Shown here: one piece after another, positions 34,176-44,187 of the stretch
Numbering within the stretch: position 1 is the stretch's first letter
How the letters are laid out: every line of letters begins with the position of its first letter
Source: Emiliania huxleyi CCMP1516
Taxonomy: Eukaryota
Assembly (NCBI RefSeq): GCF_000372725.1
Contig: NW_005201392.1
Location: forward strand, 1,059,184-1,123,183
Reading direction: 5' to 3'
Length of the DNA: 64,000 nucleotides
The notes under the pieces: generated by a model
The model's input: the letters and a program-made list of their open reading frames with translations, nothing else
The model's database searches: none
Told to the model about the DNA's origin: nothing
Position numbers and translations under genes: made by a program

Positions 34176-35801
34176 TCACGCCCTGCCCCACTCGTCCTCG
34201 GCAGCTGCGGCGGGCTCAGCGGCCGCAGCCTCGCCCCACCCGTCGTTCTGGCCGGCTGCTGCGGGTGCTGCCTGGCTGCTCTGCGCAACGTCGCTCGGGT
34301 GCACGGCGGCCGGGGGCGGGGGGACCTGCACGCCCGCCGTGTCCGCCACCGTCTGGATGCCGCCCGTGAGCGCGCCGGTGAGCCCGCCGAGGATGGCGTT
34401 GGGCAGGGCCACCGAGAGGCGGCCAACCGCCTTGCCCAGCTCGCTCTTGGGCACGTAGGGCTTCTTCTCGGCGGCGGCGCCGGCCGAGGCGGCGGCCTGC
34501 GCTTGCTGCGGCTGCCCCCAGCCCTGCGCGCCAGCCTGGTAGCCCCCCTGCTGCTGGTACTGCGGGTAGCCCTGCTGGTAGGGCTGCCCGTAGGCCGCGC
34601 CGCCGTAGTTGTACGTGCCGCTCGGCGACCACTCCGCCTGCTTCTCCGCGGGCGGTGCTGCATCCTCCGCCGCCGCGCCGCCCTTGTGGTTCAGCGCGTC
34701 GAAGTGGTCGGCGGTCTGCGCCGAGAGGGCGCCAAAGTCGGTGGACGGGTCGGTGGTGCCGGAGGCGACGCCGGCGCCCGCGCTGGCAAACTCGATGCCG
34801 GTCTGGATGCCCTGCATCATGTAGTCCTGCCAGCTCGCGCCGTGCGGCGGCTCGGAGGCGGACGCGTCGGCAGAGGCGGGAGAGGCGGCGGCGGGCGAGG
34901 CGGAGGTGGCGGAGGAGGCGCCCGAGCCGAGCGCAGAGGCGAACTGGTTGGCGGCCGCGAGGATGCCGCCGCTGAGCGCGTCGGAGGCTCCGACGGCCGG
35001 CGTGGCGGCATCCGGGGAGGCCTCGGCCTCGGCCTCGGCCACCTCGATCGCCTCGCCCTTGCGGTTCAGCGCGTCAAACTGATCGGCGGTCTCGGCGTTG
35101 ATGCCGTTGAAGCCGGTCGACGGGTCAGTAGTGCCGGCGGCAACGCCGGCGCCCGCGCCCGCGTACTGGACGCCGGTGGCGATGCCTTGGTTCATGTAGC
35201 TCTGCCACCCGGCGGTGAGCTTGCGCCGCTGCCCGCCCGCCTCCTTCGCCGGCGCCGCCGCCGCGCCGCCCTTGTGGTTCAGCGCGTCGAAGTGGTCGGC
35301 GGTCTGCGCCGAGAGGGCGCCAAAGTCGGTGGACGGGTCGGTGGTGCCGGAGGCGACGCCGGCGCCCGAGTTGGCAAACTCGATGCCGGTCTGGATGCCC
35401 TGCATCATGTAGTCCTGCCAGCTCGCGCCGTGCGGCGGCTCGGAGGCCTTCTCGTCCACGGCGGCGGCGGCCGAGGATGGCGAGGAGGCCGGGGAGCCGA
35501 GCGCCGACGTGAGCTGGTTGACTGCCGTGAGGATGCCGTCGCTGAGCTGGCCGTCGGCGATGACAGCGGGCGACCCGGCCGTCGTCTTGCCGCTGTTCAG
35601 GCTATCAAACTTGTCGGCCGTCTCTGCGTTGAGGTCTTGGAGTAAGACGTCGTCGCCGGAGGCACCGGCGTTGGCGTAGGCGGCGCCCGTCTCGATGCCT
35701 TGGTTCATGTACGCCTGCCATCCGGCGAGAGCGCGAGCGTTGGAGCGCGTGCTGGCCGCCGGGACGGGGGCGCCGTTGACGATGGAGATGAGAGAGAGCA
35801 T
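34176..35801 (-). CDS. Secreted four-repeat protein (WQxYMxQGIxTG…AxTADxFDxLN), copy A, 541 aa, intronless
   Basis: ATG 35801; short hydrophobic leader MLSLISIVNGA; four internal repeats; YGQ-rich tail. Confidence 0.8.
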   Translation of the reverse strand: MLSLISIVNGAPVPAASTRSNARALAGWQAYMNQGIETGAAYANAGASGDDVLLQDLNAETADKFDSLNSGKTTAGSPAVIADGQLSDGILTAVNQLTSALGSPASSPSSAAAAVDEKASEPPHGASWQDYMMQGIQTGIEFANSGAGVASGTTDPSTDFGALSAQTADHFDALNHKGGAAAAPAKEAGGQRRKLTAGWQSYMNQGIATGVQYAGAGAGVAAGTTDPSTGFNGINAETADQFDALNRKGEAIEVAEAEAEASPDAATPAVGASDALSGGILAAANQFASALGSGASSATSASPAAASPASADASASEPPHGASWQDYMMQGIQTGIEFASAGAGVASGTTDPSTDFGALSAQTADHFDALNHKGGAAAEDAAPPAEKQAEWSPSGTYNYGGAAYGQPYQQGYPQYQQQGGYQAGAQGWGQPQQAQAAASAGAAAEKKPYVPKSELGKAVGRLSVALPNAILGGLTGALTGGIQTVADTAGVQVPPPPAAVHPSDVAQSSQAAPAAAGQNDGWGEAAAAEPAAAAEDEWGRA

Positions 35802-35989
35802 GGCTGCGGACGGAGTGCTGGACGCGGCAGGAGACTCTCGGCTGGGATGGCAAGGAGCGCTTGAAAGGGAGGGCAAGGGAGTGGCTTCGGAGATACTCCG
35901 AGATGCAGCGTGTCAGAGTGAGCGAGCGGGCGAGATTGTCTTCTTTGATCGACCTCCTTACGACTGATAAACAAAAACCTTTCCTTGTT

Positions 35990-36998
35990 TTACTCATCCC
36001 GTTTCCCGGCGTCCCCGACCTCTGCCTGCTGCAAAGCGTAGCCGTCGAGCGCGACGCCCGCCCCGAGGGCAGGCAGCCATGGTGCGGCGGGGGCGCTCGC
36101 CGGCTGGTCCGCGGCCGCCTCGGCCATCGCCACCACCGCTCTGATCGCCTCGCGGCTCACCTCGCCGCCATCAGTCCCGACGGGCGCGCCGCTGCTCGCG
36201 GCGAGCGCCTCGTCCGCCAGCCCCCTCGCGGTCTGCGCGTCGCCGAGCGAGGCGGCGGCGGCGATGGCGCCAACGCGCGCCGCGAGCGACCACATTGGCG
36301 GGGCGTGCGCGGCAATCGCGGGCGGCGACGTGAGCTGAGCGAGCGCCTGCCGGTGCGCCCAGGGAGGTGGGTGAGGCGGTGCCGCCCTCGCTCTCCTCCA
36401 ACCACCGGCCCCACTGCTAGAACCCCGCCTGCTGGTGGCTGCGCAGCGCGGCGGCGTGGTCGCCAATCGCGCTCTGCGACAGGCCGAGCGTGACACGCAG
36501 CGCGCCTATGGTGGCACGCAGGGCCGAGGCTCAGACTGCGCCGCCCGCGAGCGATCCCGGCCGAATCGCCACGCCACCTTGCGCCGCGTGGCTCGGCCGG
36601 TAGGCGCGGTTGAGCATGTACTCGGCGCGCTTGCTGCACGCGAGCGCCTTGCCGGCGTCGCCGAGCGCCAGCGCGTTTGAGCCCAAGTCGCCGAGCGCCC
36701 CGGCGCAGCACACAAACTGGTCGTGTGCGAGGCCGTGCCTCGCCGCCGCCTCGGCGAGCGCGAGCGCCTCGTCGAGAAACTCCTCCGCCTCGTCATAGTC
36801 GCCGGCGAGGTGGAGCAGAGCCCCGTGCAGGTTGGCCGCCAGCCGCGCCTCGCGCCTCGGCATCGCAGAGGCGGGCAGCGTCGCGCAAACGGCCCGCGCC
36901 TCACGCGACGCGGCGATGCCGGCCGCGGCCTCGCCGCGCCACAGGCACACCTCCGCCTCGCGCAGGAGGGCGGGCAGGCTGCGCAGCGCTCTCGACAT
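35990..36998 (-). CDS. TPR-like helical repeat protein, spliced
   Basis: LHGALLHLAGDYDEAEEFLDEALALAE and ALGDLGSNALALGDAGKALACSKRA fit TPR spacing; further exons in 35990-36350. Confidence 0.6.
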
Positions 36999-37380
36999 TG
37001 ATCACCGCGACGACCGAGGACGGCGCTTGGTGTCTTTCTTTTGAGGGTATGTACCTAGGTAGCTCTTATGTTTTTTGGGTTTTAGGCTTATGTTCGTACC
37101 CGAAGGTGAACTGCTGACAGGGTTTGCGAGGAGGAGCGTAGATCTGTGTTGGGCATAGGTGGCGTGAATGCTTTAGCATTCTCGCCCGCTCTGCTGAGGG
37201 GAGGGGCAGGACGAGCGGTCGCCTGAGGCGCCTATCTCTATCCACCCTCTCTTGTGGTTTGCCAGCGGGGCACGTGGCCAAGGACGACGTTTCAGATCGC
37301 GCGTCCGCTTGTTTGCGCACCCGCGTGCTCGTCCACGCCACTGTCCTCCCGCCCCCTGTGATCTCTGTCGCCTGTCGCTG

Positions 37381-39846
37381 ATGTCTGCCATTGAGACGCT
37401 TGTGGAAGTGGCGCTTGCTAAGGCCACCAAGGACAGTGCCGTGCATGGCGTGGACAAGGATCAATACCTGTTGTGTTCCTCTGTCGTCAAAGCCGATGTG
37501 CGCAATTACCATACCGTCAAGGTGCTGCAGAAGGGACTCGACGAGAGCCAGGCCAAGGCGGCCGCTCTCGCCCTGCTATCGCAGCAATACCCTCAGCTGG
37601 CCGCAGGCGGAGGCACCGCCTCGGATGGCCCCGCCGATGCGGCAGAGAAGGTTGTCAAGACACTTGAGCGTTTGTCGTCATCACAGTTGGGTCACCTGGC
37701 CGCGGGCTGGGCCACGCAGCTCGGAGAGGCATTCACCAACGCGAGCATTCTTTCGACAGTGGAGGCCGGCTCGCTCGCGGGCCGCACCGGCAGCGGCAAG
37801 GTGCCGCTCGAGAGCGGTGAGGAGGCGCAGATGCCTTACACCGTCATCCAAGGACCATCCGAGGGCATGTACGTGCTCGAGGAGAGCGGAGCACAGGGCG
37901 AGCCACGACGCTCGGTCATCCTCAACACCACGCTGGTGACCCTCATGCTACAGCCGACGCAGGCACACGTCGTCTCGAACGCGACGCTTGTCAAGATCAA
38001 CGGCTCGAGCAGTGCTCTGGCTGTTTTCCGCAAGTTGCCCAAGTCAGGCAGCGCCGCCGAAGACCACGTCTCGCTAGAGGAGATTCTCCAGTTAGCAGAC
38101 GGTCTTCCGGCCGCGGGCGCGGTCTCGCTCTCGGGAGAGGAGCGCGTCAAGACGTTCGCCCGGGCTCTCGAGGCCAAAGTCTCCGGCGGAGAAGGCTCTA
38201 GCTGGTTGGCGGCAGTTGGGGACAAGGCGACCTACTCCGTCTTCGAGCTTCGGAGTCAGCTCGAGAGGCTTGGCCCCGACTTCACGCCGGTCGCCGCGCT
38301 GCCCGCACCCAAGTCGTGCGCGGAGTTCTTCACGCGCAACATCCGCGGGGAGAACTGGGGCGACTTCGCCAAAAGGGTCGCCCCTCTGATTGAACCCGAT
38401 GAGCAGCGGTGCAATTTCATCCGCTCCAGCGAGGCGGTCCTTCGCGACGCGATCGAGCGATGGCTGGAAAGTGGGCTCGGCAGCCTCCGAGAGGCTTCCG
38501 TTGCGTCGCTCGCCCTTCGCACCGACTGGTCGGTGGACGCAGCGTGCTCGCTGATGTACCAATTTGCGATGGCCAAGGACCAGCAGCGGCTCGCCCCGCC
38601 CACTCCGCCACCGGGCGTGCCGCCCCCGATCCTTACGCAGCCGATCATCAAGATCACGACGGGCGGATCGGGTGAGGGCGGCGACGAGGCCCTCTCCGCG
38701 GCCGCTGCCGCGCAGAGCTTGACGACCGCGGAGCGCGAGTGCGTCAAGAGGCTCGCCGCACTCGCCGCCATCGAGGACAACAAAGGGGTCGATGAGATCG
38801 CCAAGTACATCGACGGCGCGTCGTCAGCAGGCGCGCCCTCCCCGCACATCATGCGCCTAGTGCACGCGACAGACGCTAGCGTAAACAGCCTTGCGTCGTC
38901 GTACGTTGCTGACGACGGTTTTGTTGTCGACCTTCGGTCAATTCGCCGGGCCATGCTTCACCGTCTGGAGTCAATGCACTTTGGCTTCGCGACTGACAAG
39001 CAATGGTCAGAGGAGCAGCGGCGCCAAGCAGGACGCATTCGCGTCGGGCGCTTCAGCGAAGTGGACATCGCCTGCCTTTTGGAGGGCCAGGAAGACGGCT
39101 TCTCCAAGAAGGCGCCGCTGGCGCACATCAAGTGCCCTGTCAAGCTGCAGATGGCGCTCGGAGTCTTCTTCAGCATCTGGGCAAAGGCACACCTCACCTT
39201 CTCCAGCCATATCCTCGCCTTTGGCGCGAATGTGGCCCGCTTTCTCCACCAGACGCGAGAGGACGGAGCGTCGTGGGAGCAGCTCTCGGACTACTGGCGG
39301 AAGCTGATGCAGAAGTGCGAGCAGCCCGCGCTCCGCTTCGAGCGCAAGGAGGCACTCGCCCCACTCCAGCCGCCGCTACTCAAGTGGGCGGACGACCGCT
39401 CCGTCACACACGTTGCGGAGCTCATGGACGCCGTCAACCGGAGCGAGCGAGAGCGGCTCGCCAAGCTGCTCGAGGAGGCGCGCGCGCCGAAGGAGAGCGC
39501 AGAGCTTGCCGAGCTCCGCAAGATGGTCAAGCAGCAGGGGAGCAAGCAGAAGCAGCACGAGGAGCGCCTCGTCGCCGTCAAGAAGCGCTTGGCCGGCGGC
39601 GACGGCGGCGGCGGTGGCGGCAAGCACAGCAAGCGCGGCGGCGGCGGTGGCGGCCGCGGCGGCGGCCGCGGCGGCGGAGGCGGCGGCCGTGGCGGCGGAG
39701 GCGGCAACTCGCAGAAGCCCGGGGAGACCCAACAGGAGCTCAACGCCCGCCTCGGCCGCAAAGACGGCAAGGACCCGTGCTGGTTCCACCACATCAAGGG
39801 CTCCTGCCGCTACGACGCCGCCGAGTGCCGCGGCCATCACGGCTGA
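37381..39846 (+). CDS. Retroelement ORF1, gag-like, with RGG tract and C-terminal CCCH zinc finger
   Basis: Intronless ~820-aa ORF immediately after repeat A1; coiled coil, GGGRGGGRGG, CWFHHIKGSCRYDAAECRGHH. Confidence 0.8.
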   Translation: MSAIETLVEVALAKATKDSAVHGVDKDQYLLCSSVVKADVRNYHTVKVLQKGLDESQAKAAALALLSQQYPQLAAGGGTASDGPADAAEKVVKTLERLSSSQLGHLAAGWATQLGEAFTNASILSTVEAGSLAGRTGSGKVPLESGEEAQMPYTVIQGPSEGMYVLEESGAQGEPRRSVILNTTLVTLMLQPTQAHVVSNATLVKINGSSSALAVFRKLPKSGSAAEDHVSLEEILQLADGLPAAGAVSLSGEERVKTFARALEAKVSGGEGSSWLAAVGDKATYSVFELRSQLERLGPDFTPVAALPAPKSCAEFFTRNIRGENWGDFAKRVAPLIEPDEQRCNFIRSSEAVLRDAIERWLESGLGSLREASVASLALRTDWSVDAACSLMYQFAMAKDQQRLAPPTPPPGVPPPILTQPIIKITTGGSGEGGDEALSAAAAAQSLTTAERECVKRLAALAAIEDNKGVDEIAKYIDGASSAGAPSPHIMRLVHATDASVNSLASSYVADDGFVVDLRSIRRAMLHRLESMHFGFATDKQWSEEQRRQAGRIRVGRFSEVDIACLLEGQEDGFSKKAPLAHIKCPVKLQMALGVFFSIWAKAHLTFSSHILAFGANVARFLHQTREDGASWEQLSDYWRKLMQKCEQPALRFERKEALAPLQPPLLKWADDRSVTHVAELMDAVNRSERERLAKLLEEARAPKESAELAELRKMVKQQGSKQKQHEERLVAVKKRLAGGDGGGGGGKHSKRGGGGGGRGGGRGGGGGGRGGGGGNSQKPGETQQELNARLGRKDGKDPCWFHHIKGSCRYDAAECRGHHG

Positions 39847-41937
39847 TGGCCAGCGGCAGCCTCCGACCCGCCCGGCGGCCCATCGACGCCGAGTGTGGTG
39901 CCCGAGGCAACCGTGTCAGTGTCGTGCGTGACTGATGTGAGTGATCCGGCTGTGTGTGCGCATGGGTGTGATGTGCAGCATGACAGCGGAGGGGAGGGCG
40001 GCGGGAGCGATGTGGAGGTGGGTTCTAGTGCGCCCCCGCCGCAATCGCCGCACCCCCGAGACGGACGGAAGTCCGTCGATCGAGATTTGGCAGCAGCTGC
40101 TCTGGGCAGCTGCGATACTAGCCCGAGCGCGCCGCGCGGGCTCCTCCTGCACCTGTTCGCGGGCGGGCCGCGGGATGGGAGCTTCGCGCACTTTGCCACC
40201 GCGCTCGGCTTTGATGTGATTGAGAGAGACATCATCCTCGACCCCGGCCATAACCTGGTCGACGATGGCGTCTTCGCCGAGGTGATGGAGCTCATTCAGA
40301 GCGGCGCGGTCAAGGCGGTGCTTTTGGGCACGCCGTGCGGCACCTTCTCCGTCCTGCGCATCCCGCAGCAGGATGGTCGAGAGGGCCCGCCGCAGCTGCG
40401 CGACCGGCTACACCCCATGGGCATGCCCGGCGTGCCGCGCCAAAACCTCAACGAGCTGGCGACCGCAAACGTTCTCGTGCGTAGAACCGTGATCATCGCT
40501 CAGGCCATCGCCGACGCGGGCGGCGTCTTCATCATCGAGAACCCGCCCGACAGAGGCGATGGCCCGCTCTACCAGGCCAAGTTTGCATCGCACGCGCCTC
40601 TGTGGCTGGTGCCAGAGGTCATCGAGCTCGCCGACCGCACTGGAGCGATCAAGATCACCTTCCCCCAGTGCGCCCTCGGCTCGGACTTTCAGAAGTGGAC
40701 GACGCTGCTGGTCTCGCCGCAGCTAGTCCCGCAGCTCGTGGACCTCTCGAGGCTCGCGTGCCAGCACCCCGACGGCCACCGTGACGTCGCTGTCGGCGCA
40801 CGTGCAGCGCGGGCTGCTGCGTACCCTCCGTTGATGAACCGCAGACTGGCCGAGGCGATCTCGGACTGCCTCACGTCGCTCGGCGGCGGTGCTCCGAAGG
40901 AGAGCAGCCATCTCGCCGGCGACGCTGCGGGCGAGGCTAGCGAGCCGGCGGGCGAGGATCTCGACGCCCCCGCCGCCGGCCGCGGCTCGCCAGGCATCGT
41001 CGCAGATGCTGTCGATTGCCGTCGTAACGATCTGCGTGGCAGCAAAAGGTCGCGCGACGGGATGCGCGACGCGCAGCTGTCTCAGCGCGCGCGACAGCGA
41101 CTGAAGCGGCGGCAGGCCGCATCCAGTGGTGAGGCAGGCGACGGGCGAGGTCCTGGGTGCAGAACCCGCCCCGACCCTGCCGATCCACCGGAGCGCGACA
41201 CTGCTGCTGACACCGAGCTACTGCCAGAGGCCGCGCAGGCGCCCGCCATGGCGGTCGGGTCTGCCATGCCCCATGCGGGGCCGCTCGGCGAGGTGGCGGT
41301 CGGCCGGCGGTCGGACGAGGGGTCGGTCGACATCACACGCCTCGGCGTGCTCGGCAATCCCTTTCCGATCCGCCCTCTCGTCGCGAGGGGCATGGATGAC
41401 GAGGTGGCGCGCCGCGCAGTGTGCGACGCGCACAGGCTCTACCTGCGGCGCGTCATGAACAGGCAGGAGGCCGATCTCGCAGAGATAGCAGGCACAGTCG
41501 GCGCGCCAGCCGACGGCCAGCCTCTCGTCTATCAACAGCCTCCTGCACCGGAGGCAGTGCGAGGCGAAATCGACCGTCTTGCATTCGTCGTTGCCCGAGG
41601 TGGTCGCCTCCTCCTCGGCTGCGTGTGCGCACCCGAGGAGTGCCACGGCGACGCCGTGAAGGAGGCTATCCTCACGGCGGCGATGGAGAAGCGGGTCTGC
41701 GCCGAGCCGCGCGGCCCCCCCGCCTCCGGCTCGCTGCGGAGGCTGGTTCCCGAGCAGGAGGACGTTCTCCGAGGTAAGCTGCTGCCCGTCGCCAACGAGC
41801 CGCCGTCGACAGACCCCGTCGAGCCGCCCGCCGAAGATCGGACTCGGTGCCTGACACGCGATCGCGTGGGGGGGGACTGCGCCCTGGCCGTTCCGGGCTC
41901 ACGCGGTGGTCACACCATCCCGGAGAGCGAGGGGTAG
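39847..41937 (+). CDS. Retroelement ORF2: C5 cytosine DNA methyltransferase (~40141-40860) + DUF4326-like domain (~41290-41680), C-terminally truncated
   Basis: LHLFAGG (motif I), GTPCGTFS (IV, catalytic PC), FIIENP (VI), QCALGSDFQKWT (VIII), AAYPPLMN..LA (X); LGNPFP…LGCVCAPEECHGDAVK typical of DUF4326. Confidence 0.85.
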   Translation, partial: WPAAASDPPGGPSTPSVVPEATVSVSCVTDVSDPAVCAHGCDVQHDSGGEGGGSDVEVGSSAPPPQSPHPRDGRKSVDRDLAAAALGSCDTSPSAPRGLLLHLFAGGPRDGSFAHFATALGFDVIERDIILDPGHNLVDDGVFAEVMELIQSGAVKAVLLGTPCGTFSVLRIPQQDGREGPPQLRDRLHPMGMPGVPRQNLNELATANVLVRRTVIIAQAIADAGGVFIIENPPDRGDGPLYQAKFASHAPLWLVPEVIELADRTGAIKITFPQCALGSDFQKWTTLLVSPQLVPQLVDLSRLACQHPDGHRDVAVGARAARAAAYPPLMNRRLAEAISDCLTSLGGGAPKESSHLAGDAAGEASEPAGEDLDAPAAGRGSPGIVADAVDCRRNDLRGSKRSRDGMRDAQLSQRARQRLKRRQAASSGEAGDGRGPGCRTRPDPADPPERDTAADTELLPEAAQAPAMAVGSAMPHAGPLGEVAVGRRSDEGSVDITRLGVLGNPFPIRPLVARGMDDEVARRAVCDAHRLYLRRVMNRQEADLAEIAGTVGAPADGQPLVYQQPPAPEAVRGEIDRLAFVVARGGRLLLGCVCAPEECHGDAVKEAILTAAMEKRVCAEPRGPPASGSLRRLVPEQEDVLRGKLLPVANEPPSTDPVEPPAEDRTRCLTRDRVGGDCALAVPGSRGGHTIPESEG

Positions 41938-42814
41938 GGAGCAGCACCTCCCCCCTCACCACGCATGTCAGGCGCGGCCGCCGCCGAGCGCGGCGGCCGC
42001 CCAGGCCTCGTGGCCGATTTGTTTGTCTCGCAAGAGGAGCGCATTTCTCAATTCAACTACCTCCTCTTCTTCGAGACCCTCTCGCGCTATGAAGGCGGGC
42101 GAGAGGAGGGAGGGGCCCCTTGCAGAGGTGGCGTGAATGCTTTAGCATTCTCGCCCGCTCTGCTGAGGGGAGGGGCAGGACGAGCGGTCGCCTGAGGCGC
42201 CTATCTCTATCCACCCTCTCTTGTGGTTTGCCAGCGGGGCACGTGGCCAAGGACGACGTTTCAGATCGCGCGTCCGCTTGTTTGCGCACCCGCGTGCTCG
42301 TCCACGCCACTGTCCTCCCGCCCCCTGTGATCTCTGTCGCCCCACCCGCCTCTCCCGAGCGACTGAGATTCGAGATTGGTCTGTTCTGTTATCTGTTGGA
42401 GTCTTGCGAGTGTGTCCGTCGTCGTACCCTCCGCCGTCCATGCATGGTGTGTGTGGAGTGCTGTCTGTGGTGTTTTGTGGGGTGTGTGGGGGGGGAGGGG
42501 GTAGGGAGCAGCACCTCCCCCCTCACCACGCATGTCAGGCGCGGCCGCCGCCGAGCGCGGCGGCCGCCCAGGCCTCGTGGCCGATTTGTTTGTCTCGCAA
42601 GAGGAGCGCATTTCTCAATTCAACTACCTCCTCTTCTTCGAGACCCTCTCGCGCTATGAAGGCGGGCGAGAGGAGGGAGGGGCCCCTTGCAGAACTGCTG
42701 ACAGGGTTTGCGAGGAGGAGCGTAGATCTGTGTTGGGCATAGTTGCTTACGCTAATGCTCTCTCGATCCCTCGGTTGCCAGCCCCAAACAGCAAGGTGTT
42801 CGAAGCTGGCCGGA

Positions 42815-43528
42815 ATGGCCATGCTGGTGATCTCGCTGTCGCTGTTGGCGACCACTCCCTCCGTCGACTGCGGCAGCGGTATGACCGTAGAGGCGGCCGG
42901 CTGCGGGATGGACGCGCAGGTGATGGGTGTTCCCGATGGCACGTCCTGGGAGGATGGGTGCAGACGCTGCAATGAGGCCCTCGCCTTGAAAGGAGTATTC
43001 GATCCGTGCGGTGGCTCTGGCTGGTGCGCCCTGCCGACCGATCGGTTCGGCCGCACCACGTATGGCGTCTGGCTTAAGGCGCACTCCGCTCCCTCGCCGC
43101 CGCCATCGCCGCCGCCTCTGGCGCCAGAAGAGCCGCTCTCGCGCGACGCTCTCTACCTCGCCGCCGCCGCACTCGCCGCCGCCGCCGCCACCGCCGCTGC
43201 CCTCACCGCCTCAAGCGCACGCAAGAGCGCGGTGGGCTCCACAGCCAGCGCTCGCGACTTCTCAGACAGCACTCAGCTCAGCAAGCAACGTCTGGAATCG
43301 GTCCGCTACGCGCAGGCGAGTGTGGACTATGAAAAGCGCAAAGCCTATACGAAACTTCCCAAGTGCAAGGTGACGCCACCACCACAGTCCGATCTTGCTG
43401 TGGCCAAGGCTTGCGCGGCGAGGAAGCAGCAGAAGCGGGATTGCGAGAAGGTGGAAAATATGAGCAACACGGACACCAACGCCTCTTCCGATGCCGCGAG
43501 CGAGATGCCCGGACCCTCGTCCGCGTGA
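42815..43528 (+). CDS. Small type-I membrane protein with Cys-rich ectodomain and Pro-rich stalk
   Basis: MAMLVISLSLLA leader, 6 Cys, PSPPPSPPP, hydrophobic ALYLAAAALAAAAATAAAL. Confidence 0.65.
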   Translation: MAMLVISLSLLATTPSVDCGSGMTVEAAGCGMDAQVMGVPDGTSWEDGCRRCNEALALKGVFDPCGGSGWCALPTDRFGRTTYGVWLKAHSAPSPPPSPPPLAPEEPLSRDALYLAAAALAAAAATAAALTASSARKSAVGSTASARDFSDSTQLSKQRLESVRYAQASVDYEKRKAYTKLPKCKVTPPPQSDLAVAKACAARKQQKRDCEKVENMSNTDTNASSDAASEMPGPSSA

Positions 43529-44187
43529 CGGGAATGGAGGGAAAGAAGGTGCATGCCATGTCCATGAGAGTGCCGACTCTACATACTGTCGCATGCCATG
43601 CTAACGTTCGGGCGTCGCAGAGCGGTCCGGCGCCACAGGCCACACGCGTGCTGCGCGTGACGCATGTGCATGTAGAGCGTAGACGAGAGAGAGAGAGCCG
43701 TGTTGCGGTTGTGCTCACCATGTGTTCGTGTGCAGGTGTTGTGCTCAGTCTAGGCTCAAATAGAGATACATACTCAGAGAGAGTTCAGTCCGGTGTCCGT
43801 TACATGTTTTATAATTAATGCGGTTCAAGCACATAATTAACGAATCTCCGCAATAAATCACACGCGCAGAACGCGTGCCCGTGCGGCGTGGCGGCGCGAG
43901 AGAGGACGGTGCCACAGAGGAGTCGCTCGAGAGAGGCTCATGAGAGAGGGCAGACGGCACCAGAGGGGCCGCAGCCCCATGAGATGCGCTGCACGGGGCG
44001 GGAGCGCGCGTGTGATACGCACACACACGCGACTGAACTGTAATCTGTATCGACCGCGAGCAGCAGGGAGCGGTTCCCTCGCTGCTGGCCGCAAGTTGTA
44101 GTGGGGGCTTCGTTGATGGCTGCGGGCGAACCACGAGAAGGGAAGGGGGGAGCCCCAGGGGAGGGCGGGCTGGGCTACGCGTCAGGA

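Larger units (their letters stand above)
37157..42693 (+). mobile_element. Split-direct-repeat (PAT/Ngaro/DIRS-like) retroelement, internally deleted, carrying DNA methyltransferase
   Basis: A1 37157-37372 = A2 42126-42341; B1 41931-42126 = B2 42498-42693 (A1-ORFs-B1A2-B2); 51-bp flanking duplication 37108-37158 = 42692-42742. Confidence 0.85.

Noticed and set aside
37081..37160. snRNA/tRNA gene as the element's target
   Set aside because: The reconstructed empty site does not resemble U1, U3 or a tRNA cloverleaf by eye; an Rfam scan would be decisive
37157..42693. LTR retrotransposon or Penelope-like element
   Set aside because: Repeats are split (A…BA…B) rather than simple LTRs; no TG…CA ends, PBS, integrase, GIY-YIG or hammerhead core (CTGAnGA…GAAA) recognised
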